A stretch of DNA of 64,000 bases from Calditrichia bacterium. Lineage in GTDB: Bacteria; Calditrichota; Calditrichia; RBG-13-44-9; J075. Under the pieces are notes generated by a model. It was not told where the DNA came from. It was given only the letters and a program-made list of their open reading frames with translations, and searched no databases. This document shows positions 10,170-20,313 of the stretch, one piece after another. The stretch is taken from positions 300,983 through 364,982 of the forward strand of contig JBOEGD010000011.1 in the NCBI GenBank assembly GCA_050633245.1, in the 5' to 3' direction. A program made the translations under genes and the position numbers. Positions within the stretch are counted from its first letter, which is position 1, and every line of letters starts with the position of its first letter.

Positions 10170-11201
10170 ATGGCAAAAATACTGATTGTCGACGATAATT
10201 TGGATATGCTTGATACTCTGGAACATTTATTTATGTTCTACGATTTCGAAGTTATCCGTGCCGGCAATGGTGCAGAGGCCATTAAAGTTGCAAACTCGGA
10301 AAAACCATCTGTTATTGTGCTCGATGGTCTTATGCCGGTAATGACCGGCTTCGAAGCTTGTGAAGTGCTTAAGAAAGATCCCGCAACCCGAGAAATTCCC
10401 ATTGTTTTTTTATCGGCAAACTACACGGATGACGAACATCGTGAGCTGGGTTTCGAGCTGGGGGCAGATGAATACATGCTTAAGCCTTTTAATGCCAAAG
10501 AACTGATTGCAAAAGTTCAGCAACTTCTTCATCATCGCTCTTTAATTGAGCGGCTCAGAACAGACAATCAATTACTTATTCGCTCCCAGTCTACTCTTCC
10601 CGGTAAGCAGTTAAAAAGAGAAACGACTGAAATTGACCAGAATCAAGTTTTAGATCAGCTAACAGGTTTATATAATAACACGAACTTTCTGGAAAAATTG
10701 CACGCTGTGTTCCGATCGTCTAATGCTGGTGAAAGCGAGCTAAGCCTTTTGGTGATAGATGTCGATCATTTTAAGCAGATCAATGCAGCGTTTGGTGAGT
10801 ATGCCGGTGACTATGTCTTAATGCAGGTCGCAAACGTAATTTTAACCTCCTGCAGCCTATCTTCCTCAGTATTCAGACTGGGGAGAAATCGCTTCAGCGT
10901 TCTTTTCGATGGGATGAGTGCCAGTGACTGTTTTTATGAAGCAGAACGTATTCGCGCTGCAATTGGACAAACAGCTTTTTTCGAAGGCGATTTTTTTGAA
11001 CAACGCTTTCGACATACGCGCAGAAGAAGTGTCGATAAACGATTGACCGCAAGTATTGGCTTGGCTGTATCGAGATTGGATGAAACGCCAACCCGCTTTT
11101 TGCGTCGAGCCGAACAGGCGCTTTTAAAAGCGAAGGCCAAAGGTCGAAACATGACACTCAGGCACAGCGAGATTATACCGGAAAGTTCTCCGGAAAGTTA
11201 A
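10170..11201 (+). CDS. response regulator with degenerate GGDEF domain
   Basis: REC (IVDD, D in VLDGLMP, KPF) plus DQLTGLYN, IDVDHFKQIN, TASIG, AKAKGRN; A-site reads LGRNRF rather than GGDEF. Confidence 0.85.
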   Translation: MAKILIVDDNLDMLDTLEHLFMFYDFEVIRAGNGAEAIKVANSEKPSVIVLDGLMPVMTGFEACEVLKKDPATREIPIVFLSANYTDDEHRELGFELGADEYMLKPFNAKELIAKVQQLLHHRSLIERLRTDNQLLIRSQSTLPGKQLKRETTEIDQNQVLDQLTGLYNNTNFLEKLHAVFRSSNAGESELSLLVIDVDHFKQINAAFGEYAGDYVLMQVANVILTSCSLSSSVFRLGRNRFSVLFDGMSASDCFYEAERIRAAIGQTAFFEGDFFEQRFRHTRRRSVDKRLTASIGLAVSRLDETPTRFLRRAEQALLKAKAKGRNMTLRHSEIIPESSPES

Positions 11202-11224
11202 ATAGCTATAACCACAGGATTCTC

Positions 11225-11953
11225 ATGTCGAAAAAGATCTTAATCGTTGATGATAACGAACATGTCCTAAAACTGCTTCGTATTAGTCTTGAAAAGGCAG
11301 GATATGATATCGCACAGGCAATGAATGGCGATGAAGGGCTAGACGTGGCGAAGGAGGTTTTGCCAGATCTTATCATCTCTGATGTAATGATGCCGCTTAC
11401 CGACGGAATTGAATTCTGCTGGATGATCCGCGATAACTCACCAATCCCGATGGTTCCCTTTATTTTCCTGACAAGCCTGGAAGACCAGGAAATGGAAATC
11501 CGCGGATTTCGTGCCGGAGCAGATGAGTATCTCATCAAACCTGTTGACCGCTCTGTCTTACTCGAAAAAGTAGAAACCCTTCTGGAAAGAGCGACACGCG
11601 TTCGTTCGTTCGACAGCAATCCAACCGAAGGTATAAAGGGATTTGAAGGTAATCTGGCCGATTTATCATTAGCTGAGGTTATCCAGCTATTGAATCTGAA
11701 TCAACGTAGCGGAACGCTACATGTTGAGGCCGGTGATCGGGGTGAAATCTTTTTTAGCAGCGGACATATGCAGTTTGCAACATTTGGAGATCTGCAGGGT
11801 GAAAATGCCATTCACAAAGTTGTTCCGCAAAAAGAGGGTAAATTTAGCTTTGAGCCCGGAGAAAAAGAAGTGGAGCGCAACATCACTGGTGCTACAATGA
11901 ATATTCTTCTCGAGGCATGCCGTCTGGCAGACGAACAGAATCTATCCGCATAA
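11225..11953 (+). CDS. response regulator with C-terminal DUF4388 (PatA N-terminal-like) domain
   Basis: REC (IVDD, SDVMMP, KP) plus FEGNLADLSLAEVIQLL...SGTL...GEIFF...LLEACRLADE. Confidence 0.85.
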   Translation: MSKKILIVDDNEHVLKLLRISLEKAGYDIAQAMNGDEGLDVAKEVLPDLIISDVMMPLTDGIEFCWMIRDNSPIPMVPFIFLTSLEDQEMEIRGFRAGADEYLIKPVDRSVLLEKVETLLERATRVRSFDSNPTEGIKGFEGNLADLSLAEVIQLLNLNQRSGTLHVEAGDRGEIFFSSGHMQFATFGDLQGENAIHKVVPQKEGKFSFEPGEKEVERNITGATMNILLEACRLADEQNLSA

Positions 11954-11972
11954 CATAAAACAGCGCAAAGAA

Positions 11973-12887
11973 ATGCAGAATTTCACTACCACATTGATGT
12001 GTTTGTCAAGACGCTTTTGGCTGGTGATCTTCCTCATTGTTTTTAGCTGTGACCAACTTCCTGCCCAACTCGCTGAAGGCGAGAAAATTCACATTATTTA
12101 CACCGGTAATCTTAACGCTGCATTAGACGACTGTCGCTGTGAAGGACGGCTTGTCGGCGGAATGACGCGCATATTGCCGCTGATTGAACAACTCCGGGAT
12201 TCTTTATCTGCACCAGCTCTGGTTGATGCCGGAGATTTTCTGAGCAGTTATTCTTTTCCAGACGTTAATCGGGCAATGCTTCGCCTGCTAAAACGAGCAG
12301 ACTACGATGCACTGAACCTGGGAGATCAGGAGTTTGTGGAAGGGGTGAAGTTTCTGGAAAAATGGCAGAAGTCTTCTCGCAATCGTTTGCCTCTGGTTTC
12401 CGCAAATGCACAGGCCGAGCTAAATGGTGAAGGTGCCCTGGCACCGTATAGCATTGTAAAAAAAGGCAAGCACGTTATAGCAGTTATTGGCCTGGTTGAA
12501 GAAGAGAGTTTTGAGTTTGTCTCTTCTGATGGCATTGAAATTATTCCAACGCGAGACCGGCTGCATACACTTCGCTTTCTGGCTAGTGAAACCGATATTC
12601 AAATTTTGCTTTATCATGGCAATAGCTTAAAACTTGATGGCCTTATTCGCGAACACCCGTGGCTGGAAGCTGTTGTTGTTGGCAATAATCAAAAAATTCA
12701 TGAGTCACTGATCGGTTCAACCCTTGTAGTCGAGTCAGGAACAGACGGTGAACACGTCGGATTGCTTCGTGCTACCTTCTCTCGCGGTAAGTGGCAATTG
12801 AGTAACTCATTCTTCGAAATCACCAAAGATCGTAAATTAGATTCAAAAGCTGTTCGAATCAGCGCGCCTTTTTATGGGGCTCAGTAG
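11973..12887 (+). CDS. exported UshA/5'-nucleotidase-like metallophosphoesterase-fold protein with CxC motif
   Basis: Signal peptide, YTGNLN..DDCRC..GGM.R, VDAGDF, YDALNLGDQEF, LVSANA; no C-terminal substrate domain. Confidence 0.7.
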   Translation: MQNFTTTLMCLSRRFWLVIFLIVFSCDQLPAQLAEGEKIHIIYTGNLNAALDDCRCEGRLVGGMTRILPLIEQLRDSLSAPALVDAGDFLSSYSFPDVNRAMLRLLKRADYDALNLGDQEFVEGVKFLEKWQKSSRNRLPLVSANAQAELNGEGALAPYSIVKKGKHVIAVIGLVEEESFEFVSSDGIEIIPTRDRLHTLRFLASETDIQILLYHGNSLKLDGLIREHPWLEAVVVGNNQKIHESLIGSTLVVESGTDGEHVGLLRATFSRGKWQLSNSFFEITKDRKLDSKAVRISAPFYGAQ

Positions 12888-13065
12888 ATCCTGATTCGCA
12901 AAACATGTTGCTTCTGAAATCTCTCTGACTATATTAGCCCTGTTCAATAGTCAAATGATACAGGATGATACCCTGCAAACGCATCGGATGAGACAACTTC
13001 TTACCTTTTGGTTAAACCGTATTGCATTTGCGGTCTACCTACCGCTAAAAGCTCTGTTATTCACC

Positions 13066-14097
13066 ATGAAAAAATATCTTCTTGCTACCTTTCTTATTCT
13101 ACTTGTCGCACTTGCTGCCAGTGCAGCATATGTCTATCCAAAGACACTCGGCAAACTTCCTAATGCAGAAACGGTGAAACTTGTTGTGCCGAAGGGAGCC
13201 TCTTACCACCAGGTTGCCGATTCTCTGGTTGCCGCTGAAGTGCTCGGCGAAAAACGCTGGTTTTTATTGCTCGGTCGCTTGACAGGTGCTGATAAAAAAA
13301 TGCGTGCCGGGAGATTTGATATACCACCGGGTCTTTCAACAAAAGACCTGGTACAGCACTTGAATGATGCTCCGTTGTCGCAAATCAAGGTGACGCTTCC
13401 TGAGGGGATTCTCGCAAGCCGTATGGCTGCTGCCTTTGAGCGTAAGCTGGGTGCGGACTCAAGCCTGTTTATGAAATTTGTTCACGACACAGCATTTGCA
13501 CAAACGCTGGTGCCGGGTGCGAAGTCGTTGGAAGGTTATCTGTTACCGGAAACGTATTTATTTCAATGGAAGACACCGGAAAAAGAGCTGGTAAAATTTT
13601 TGGTCAATCAAACGCTGGCTATTTTTGCGCCCGACAGCATCAGCAAGCGACTAACCGAAATGGATATGACTCAGCTGGAAATTCTTACGCTGGCATCCAT
13701 CGTGGAAGGGGAAGCGTTGGTAGATGCCGAACGCCCAATAATCTCTTCTTTGTATCACAATCGCTTACGTTTGAAGTGGCCTCTTCAGGCAGATCCCACA
13801 ATTCAATTTATTTTACCCGGCCCGCCGCGTCGTCTGCTCAATAAGCATTTGAAAATCGACTCACCGTACAATACCTATAAATACGGTGGACTGCCGCCTG
13901 GTCCGGTGAATAACCCGGGTAAGAATTCAATTCTTGCTACCCTCTATCCGGATAGCACGCCTTATTTGTATATGGTCGCATCCGGAGATGGTGGCCACAA
14001 GTTTAGCAAGACGCTTCGCGAGCATAACTATTGGCACGCAAAGTTTAATGAAGTGCGTCGACGCTACCGTCGTGAACAGCGACGACAACAAAATTAG
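13066..14097 (+). CDS. mltG: endolytic transglycosylase MltG
   Basis: N-terminal TM (MKKYLL.. taken as start), TLPEG, LEGYLLPETY, LASIVEGE, LQADPT, SPYNTYKYGGLPPGPV. Confidence 0.95.
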   Translation: MKKYLLATFLILLVALAASAAYVYPKTLGKLPNAETVKLVVPKGASYHQVADSLVAAEVLGEKRWFLLLGRLTGADKKMRAGRFDIPPGLSTKDLVQHLNDAPLSQIKVTLPEGILASRMAAAFERKLGADSSLFMKFVHDTAFAQTLVPGAKSLEGYLLPETYLFQWKTPEKELVKFLVNQTLAIFAPDSISKRLTEMDMTQLEILTLASIVEGEALVDAERPIISSLYHNRLRLKWPLQADPTIQFILPGPPRRLLNKHLKIDSPYNTYKYGGLPPGPVNNPGKNSILATLYPDSTPYLYMVASGDGGHKFSKTLREHNYWHAKFNEVRRRYRREQRRQQN

Positions 14098-14187
14098 CAC
14101 ATCGTCATACCGTAAAAAGACTTTCCTTAAACGCTATTTCTGGCTATATTTATCGCCGTTACCAAACTGGAAGAGAGCCGTCTTTTT

Positions 14188-16386
14188 ATGTCCGATATCC
14201 TTGCCACTCTGAACCCCTCGCAAAAAGATGCTGTTGAACATCTGGAAGGTCCGATTTTGGTGCTGGCCGGCGCTGGTAGCGGTAAAACGCGCGTGCTTAC
14301 CTATCGAATCGCGAACCTTTTGCAAAAGGGCGTGGCTCGCCCTCATGAAATTCTTGCAGTAACGTTTACCAATAAAGCTGCACGTGAGATGCAGAAGCGA
14401 ATTGAGAGTCTTATCTCATCCTCTGCACGGGGGATGTGGATTGGAACCTTTCACTCTATCTGCGCTCGCATTCTGCGGATGGAGGCTCACGAGCTGGGCT
14501 ACGATAGCAATTTTACTATTTACGATGTAGACGATCAGCTTCGTCTTCTTCAGAACGTGATGGCTGGCTTAAATATCAGCACCCAAACGCTGAAGCCTCG
14601 ACAGGTGCAGTATCGTATTAGTGACAGTAAAAATAAAATGATTACGCCAGAGCGTTTCGATAAGATGGCAATGGATTATAATGACAAGCGCATCGCTCAG
14701 GTCTATCATGCTTACGAAAAAGCTAAGCGTCGTAATAATGCTTTCGACTTTGATGACCTGCTAATCAAGCCGCTCGATGTTTTTACCAAACATGAGCACG
14801 TGTTGCACAAGTATCAATCTCGCTTTCGCCAGATACTGGTCGATGAGTATCAAGATACCAATAAAGCGCAATACTATTTTATTAAGCATCTTTCATCCAT
14901 GCATCGCAATATTTGTGTCGTTGGCGATGAGGATCAGAGTATTTATCGCTGGCGTGGTGCAGATATCGAAAATATTTTGAACTTCGGTAAAGATTACCCG
15001 GAAGCAAAGACGGTCAGACTCGAACAAAATTATCGTTCAACAACTACTATCCTGGAAGCAGCTAATGCGGTAGTCTCAAATAATGAGCGGCGTTTGGGAA
15101 AGGAACTTTGGTCCAAGCGCGAAGCTGGCAGCTTAATCGCAATTAACCGCTGCGCCGATGAAGCTTCAGAGGCTGCTCAAATTGTGGAGATTATCCGCAG
15201 TGAAGCACGTAGCCACGACTACAACTATAATGACTTTGCTGTTCTCTATCGCACCAATGCACAAAGCCGTGCAATGGAAGATCGGCTGAGGCGTGCCAAT
15301 ATTCCTTACACCATAGTTGGTGGCACAAAGTTCTATGACCGAAAAGAAGTAAAAGACATTCTCGCCTATTTACGTGTTTTGGTGAATCCACTTGATGGCG
15401 TGGCCATGCGCAGAATAGTAAATTTTCCACCACGTGGAATAGGCGATAAAACTCAACAGCATATTGAACAATACGCTACGGAGAAGGCGCAGTCGCTTTT
15501 TCAGGCCGTTGTCGATGGAGCAAACATTAGTACGTTATCGGCCAGAGTCCGGACAAAAATTCAAGCGTTTGGTATGTCTCTGCAGCAGCTGCGCGAAAAG
15601 CTGGAAACCGAAAACGCTTATCTGCTTGCCCAGGAGGTTGCTCAGGTATTTGGCTTGAAGCGACACTACGAAAAGTCTACTTTGGTGGAAGATGAAACGC
15701 GACTCGAGAACATAAATGAACTTCTGAACAGTATTGCCGCTTTTGTTGAAACGGAAGGGGAAGATGCAACGCTTTCTAAATATCTTGAAGATGTTGCGTT
15801 ACTGACAGATGTAGATCGCTGGGATCCGGATCATCAGGCAATTACACTGATGACGTTGCATAGCGCAAAGGGACTGGAGTTTCCGGTTGTTGTGCTTAGC
15901 GGCATGGAAGACGGCCTTTTTCCGCTTTTTCGCAGTCTGAATAATCCGGAGGACTTGGAGGAGGAACGACGTCTGTTTTATGTGGGAATGACGCGTGCAA
16001 TGAACAGCCTCTATTTGCTCTGGACGAATCAACGTCGACGTTTTACCGGGGAAAAAGCCGGTATGATGCACCGCAATACACCGTCTCGCTTTCTGTTGGA
16101 AATACCAGCGTCGTTTAAAAATGAACCAACCGTTGGACGAGCAACGTTTAGTCAAACCCGTAAAAACACGCGTCCACGCGCGGCCATGGACTTTGCCGAA
16201 CAAATGCTCAGTGCCGATTCCAAATACAAAATTGGTGATTGGGTTCAGCATGAATCATTTGGGAAAGGGCAGGTCTTGGGAGTCGAAGGCAGCGGAAGTG
16301 GTACCAAGCTAACCGTACTATTTCAAAAGAAGCAGCTAAAGAAACTCATTGCCGAATATGCGAACTTAACTGTTTTGAATACATAA
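14188..16386 (+). CDS. uvrD: ATP-dependent DNA helicase UvrD/PcrA
   Basis: AGAGSGKT, VTFTNKAA, VDEYQDTN, GDEDQSIY, HSAKGLEF, EERRLFYVGMTRA, C-terminal Tudor-like domain (FGKG). Confidence 0.96.
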   Translation: MSDILATLNPSQKDAVEHLEGPILVLAGAGSGKTRVLTYRIANLLQKGVARPHEILAVTFTNKAAREMQKRIESLISSSARGMWIGTFHSICARILRMEAHELGYDSNFTIYDVDDQLRLLQNVMAGLNISTQTLKPRQVQYRISDSKNKMITPERFDKMAMDYNDKRIAQVYHAYEKAKRRNNAFDFDDLLIKPLDVFTKHEHVLHKYQSRFRQILVDEYQDTNKAQYYFIKHLSSMHRNICVVGDEDQSIYRWRGADIENILNFGKDYPEAKTVRLEQNYRSTTTILEAANAVVSNNERRLGKELWSKREAGSLIAINRCADEASEAAQIVEIIRSEARSHDYNYNDFAVLYRTNAQSRAMEDRLRRANIPYTIVGGTKFYDRKEVKDILAYLRVLVNPLDGVAMRRIVNFPPRGIGDKTQQHIEQYATEKAQSLFQAVVDGANISTLSARVRTKIQAFGMSLQQLREKLETENAYLLAQEVAQVFGLKRHYEKSTLVEDETRLENINELLNSIAAFVETEGEDATLSKYLEDVALLTDVDRWDPDHQAITLMTLHSAKGLEFPVVVLSGMEDGLFPLFRSLNNPEDLEEERRLFYVGMTRAMNSLYLLWTNQRRRFTGEKAGMMHRNTPSRFLLEIPASFKNEPTVGRATFSQTRKNTRPRAAMDFAEQMLSADSKYKIGDWVQHESFGKGQVLGVEGSGSGTKLTVLFQKKQLKKLIAEYANLTVLNT

Positions 16387-16428
16387 AATACTTTGGTAAT
16401 AAGACGATATGTCATTCGAGGTTTATAC

Positions 16429-19400
16429 ATGAAACACCGTTCTATGTTTTACGCATTATGTTTTTTCCTTCTGAGTATTGCTCCGCTTTCTGCGCAACAA
16501 TACAGCGAAAGTAACGACTTTTCCTACGCGCTGAAGCTTTACAATGAAGGATTCTACGATATTGCTGCTCAACAGTTTTCAACGTTTATTAATCGCTATC
16601 CTGCCAGTGATAATATGGGCGACGCGCGTTACTACTACGCCGACTCTTATTATAAATTGGGCGAAATTGACAATGCGCGCATTGAGTTTCAGGGGCTTGC
16701 AGTGGGTTTCCCAGATCATCCGCGTGCTGCTGAAGGTTGGTTGAGAGTAGGGGAGTGCTATGAAGAATTAGGCAAACCTATGGAGGCTGCAAAAGCCTTT
16801 GAAACGATCAAGATTTTATATTCTTCAAGTCCATTGGCACCACGCGGCTTGCTTCATGCCGGTCGGTTGTACCTTGAAAGTGGCGAGCCATTACGTGCTG
16901 AACAAACGCTAAAGGAGTTTTTGGATCGGTATGTGGAATCCTCTGAATACCCTCAGGGCCGTGCTCAATTTGGCACAGTGCTTCTTGCAAAAGGAGAGCT
17001 TGAACACGCAATTAAGGAGTTCGAACGCGTACCGGCATTAACTCAGGACAAAGAAATTCTTTCGACTGCCCTCCTTGGCAAAGGACAAGCAATGTATCGA
17101 CTTGGCCTAATCAGCCGGGCAACAGAATCATTTAATGGGATACTTTCAAATTACATCCGTAGCAGTTCAGCGGCTGAGGCATTGACACAGCTGGTGCGGA
17201 TTCATCAGAATAAACGTGAGTATACCGAGGCACTGTCTCTTATACGTAAACACGCCTCCTCATTTTCCGGCGGCAAGCAGGCCACTGCAATAAGCATGCT
17301 CGAGTCGCAGTGCCTTATTCTCCAAAAGAATCCCTCTCAAGCTGTCAGGATGCTTGAACCAATAGTCGGGTCAGCATCGCTAACGGTAAAAGAAAAGACA
17401 CTCTCTACATATTATCTGGCATGTGCTTATTTGGAAGATGGAAGTTATGATAAGGCTCAGCCGCTCTATGAGGCTCTGCTCAATGACGCAGATGCTAAGA
17501 CAAAAGAGCTTCGGGTACCAATATTGATTAATTTGTCTTCGCTACATCTTGACAACAATCGGATTGCCTTAGCGCGTCCGCTGGTGCACCAACTTCAGGA
17601 AGAGCATCCGGGCTCACCAGACAATGAGAGCATTCACCGTGAATTGATCAAGAAGGCCTTTAAGCAACAGCAGATTTCTGTTGGCGTTGATGAACTGCAG
17701 CGCTATCGCGGTGCATATCCGGCCTCTGCTTCGCGAGACGATCTGACTCATTTGGCCGGCAAGGCTTATTTCGAAAATGAACAATATCAGCGTAGCCTGT
17801 TGTTTTTTGAACAGGTGCTTGCCGAATATCCTGGCTCGGCGGTTTGGGATTCCAGCCGTGCGTATATTCGCTATATCAAAACCTACGAAGAAACTGGTGA
17901 GCAGGCTGGAGTTAAAGAGCTTGCTAAACTAATGGGAAGAATGATTACCGGGGAAAAGAAGGAGCAGCTCATCTTTGATCTGGGTGAGGTTTATATCAGC
18001 AGATTGAAAGACTTTGAAGCAGCGGCGAATATCTTTTCTCAACCGCAAACGGCTAAGGAAGATTCTGCCACAACGGCAAAGCGGCTATATTATCTTAGCG
18101 AAAGCAAGTTACTGCTTGCCGAGAAAGAACTCTTCCTAAGTTCACCCTCAGAAAAAAGTTATGCCGAGGCAGCTAGCGAACTTAAGAAAGCAATGGTCTA
18201 CATAAATCAGTCTCCACAGCCGGATACGCTGATGTTTCGCTATCTAAAAACAACTTTGGCTGCGGATACGCCAATAGATAAATTTCTTCAGTTTTGGACG
18301 GTGTTTGAACAGAATTATCCGCAGAGTAACTTACTCGCTGAGGCCTACTTGCATATCGCTCGAAAGGCGAACATTTCCGCTAAGGCGTCAATCGCAAATA
18401 CCTATTTTGACAAGGCAATTGCAAAAGGTGGATATTTTGGCGGTACAGCAGCTCTCTTTCGTGGAAAAGAACTACTCCAAAATGGCGATCGTGCCAATGG
18501 TGAATCTGTTTTAAAGACTTTCTTGCTGGAAAATAAACGTCACCCGGGACACCCGGAAGCGTATTGGCTTCTTAGTCAGTCTAGTCTTACCGCAGGCGAG
18601 AAAAAGACCTCTGCAGCATTTTTGGAGCGCCTTGCCGAAGAATTCAATTATACAGAGTATGGTGCTCAAGCGCCGGTTGGCGTTATTGCAAGCCACATTG
18701 CAGACGGCAATTATGAAAAAGCTGCACAGAAAATTCAGTATGAGCTACGAGGGGTATCGGTAGACGATCCTGTTGCTGCAAGCTACTTGTCCCAACCGGA
18801 ACCAGCCTACTATTTTTACGCCGGAAAATCTGCCTGGCGCCAAAAAAACTTTGGCCGTTCTCGCAGAGAATTGCTCGCCTATCTAAATCGAGCTCAAAAG
18901 CAGGAGTTTCAGAATGAATCTCTTTATTTGCTTGGCATGATGGCGATTGAAGAGCAGGACATTGAGTCAGCTCTCCTTCACTTCGAACTTGTGAATAAAG
19001 ATGGTGATGCGACATATTACCAGCAGGCAACTCTTGAAGCCGCAAAGCTACTCTATGATAATAGACGTTTCGAAGAAAGCCTTGGTCGCTATCAGAGCCT
19101 GACTGCCTTTTCTCAACCAGCGCTGCGAATGGATGCTGAAGCGATGATGGTTCGCAACTTGATCCAACTGGGGCGAAGTAAGGAAGCATCTGCTGCAATT
19201 AAGAAATACAATTCCAGCTATAAAAAACAAGCGGGATTAAACAATTATCTCGCTTCGTTCGAATATGAAAAAGGACGAAAAGCCTTTACAGAAAAAAGTT
19301 ATGATCGCGCCTTAAATAGTCAGAAAAATGTTTTGAAAAAGTATAAAAAGTCCGACTATGCCGATGACGCCAACTACTTTATTGCACGTATTCAAACCAC

Positions 19401-20079
19401 TATGAATCGCACTAAAGATGCTCTGAAGACCCTCGATCAATTCCAGAAAAACTATCCCAACAGTGAGCTGCAGGGTAACGCCTATCTAACCCGTGCAGAA
19501 ATCCATTTCCGTGATGAGCAGGAAGATCTGGGATTAGCAGCTGTAAAAAAAGCTGTTGAACTGGCATCGACGCCGGCAGTAAAACGCAGCTCACTCTCTT
19601 TGCTTGTTAATACCTATCACAATATGGGGTTGTGGGATGGAGCGCTACAGAAAACGCGGGAGTATATTGCCCTTTATCCCAAAGCGTCTGATATCATGAG
19701 TAAGAAAATTTCCATAGGGATTTTTCTCTCCCGTGCGAACCGATACAGTGAAGCACTGGATTATTTGCAGAAAATAAAATACGAGGTTGGCAGTCAGGAA
19801 GAGCCGGAAGTGCAATTTTATATTGGTGAAGCGCTATACAATGCAGGGCAGTATGATCGCGCAATAAATGAGTTTTTGAAAATCCCGCTGCTTTCGCAAA
19901 AGACCAAATTGCAGTGGGAAGCCAGTGCACTGTATTTTGCCGGGCAATCGTACGAGAAGTTGAATCGACCGCAGGATGCGATTCGGATGTATGAAGAAAT
20001 TACATCGCGACCGGGGATTCAGGTTGAACTTAAGCGCGAAGCACGGAACTTGATTAGCAAACTCAGAAAGTTAAACTGA
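16429..20079 (+). CDS. large exported tetratricopeptide-repeat protein (CpoB/BamD-like repeats)
   Basis: ATG 16429 with GAGGT SD, signal peptide ..LSA/QQ, many TPR units ending YPxS. Confidence 0.82.
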   Translation: MKHRSMFYALCFFLLSIAPLSAQQYSESNDFSYALKLYNEGFYDIAAQQFSTFINRYPASDNMGDARYYYADSYYKLGEIDNARIEFQGLAVGFPDHPRAAEGWLRVGECYEELGKPMEAAKAFETIKILYSSSPLAPRGLLHAGRLYLESGEPLRAEQTLKEFLDRYVESSEYPQGRAQFGTVLLAKGELEHAIKEFERVPALTQDKEILSTALLGKGQAMYRLGLISRATESFNGILSNYIRSSSAAEALTQLVRIHQNKREYTEALSLIRKHASSFSGGKQATAISMLESQCLILQKNPSQAVRMLEPIVGSASLTVKEKTLSTYYLACAYLEDGSYDKAQPLYEALLNDADAKTKELRVPILINLSSLHLDNNRIALARPLVHQLQEEHPGSPDNESIHRELIKKAFKQQQISVGVDELQRYRGAYPASASRDDLTHLAGKAYFENEQYQRSLLFFEQVLAEYPGSAVWDSSRAYIRYIKTYEETGEQAGVKELAKLMGRMITGEKKEQLIFDLGEVYISRLKDFEAAANIFSQPQTAKEDSATTAKRLYYLSESKLLLAEKELFLSSPSEKSYAEAASELKKAMVYINQSPQPDTLMFRYLKTTLAADTPIDKFLQFWTVFEQNYPQSNLLAEAYLHIARKANISAKASIANTYFDKAIAKGGYFGGTAALFRGKELLQNGDRANGESVLKTFLLENKRHPGHPEAYWLLSQSSLTAGEKKTSAAFLERLAEEFNYTEYGAQAPVGVIASHIADGNYEKAAQKIQYELRGVSVDDPVAASYLSQPEPAYYFYAGKSAWRQKNFGRSRRELLAYLNRAQKQEFQNESLYLLGMMAIEEQDIESALLHFELVNKDGDATYYQQATLEAAKLLYDNRRFEESLGRYQSLTAFSQPALRMDAEAMMVRNLIQLGRSKEASAAIKKYNSSYKKQAGLNNYLASFEYEKGRKAFTEKSYDRALNSQKNVLKKYKKSDYADDANYFIARIQTTMNRTKDALKTLDQFQKNYPNSELQGNAYLTRAEIHFRDEQEDLGLAAVKKAVELASTPAVKRSSLSLLVNTYHNMGLWDGALQKTREYIALYPKASDIMSKKISIGIFLSRANRYSEALDYLQKIKYEVGSQEEPEVQFYIGEALYNAGQYDRAINEFLKIPLLSQKTKLQWEASALYFAGQSYEKLNRPQDAIRMYEEITSRPGIQVELKREARNLISKLRKLN

Positions 20080-20313
20080 GATTGAATTTAATTCCGCATG
20101 TTAAGTGATTTATCCGACATGATTTGCTGAATAAAACTGCTATTTTTGCTGAATAATAATTGTAATCTGTCGAAATTATATACCAGAGCCGTATGTTTAT
20201 GTAGTTCATGGGTTTACCCGCGGCCCGAAAATATTTCTAAAATCGATTTTGCAGGTGTTGTTTGCCTGTTTTGCTTTTAACCGGCTATTGGCCGAATTAT
20301 TACGGAGGGACAT

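Noticed and set aside
12132-12143. Selenocysteine recoding in the UshA-like gene
   Set aside because: Both codons are TGT; the TGA visible at 12140 is out of frame.
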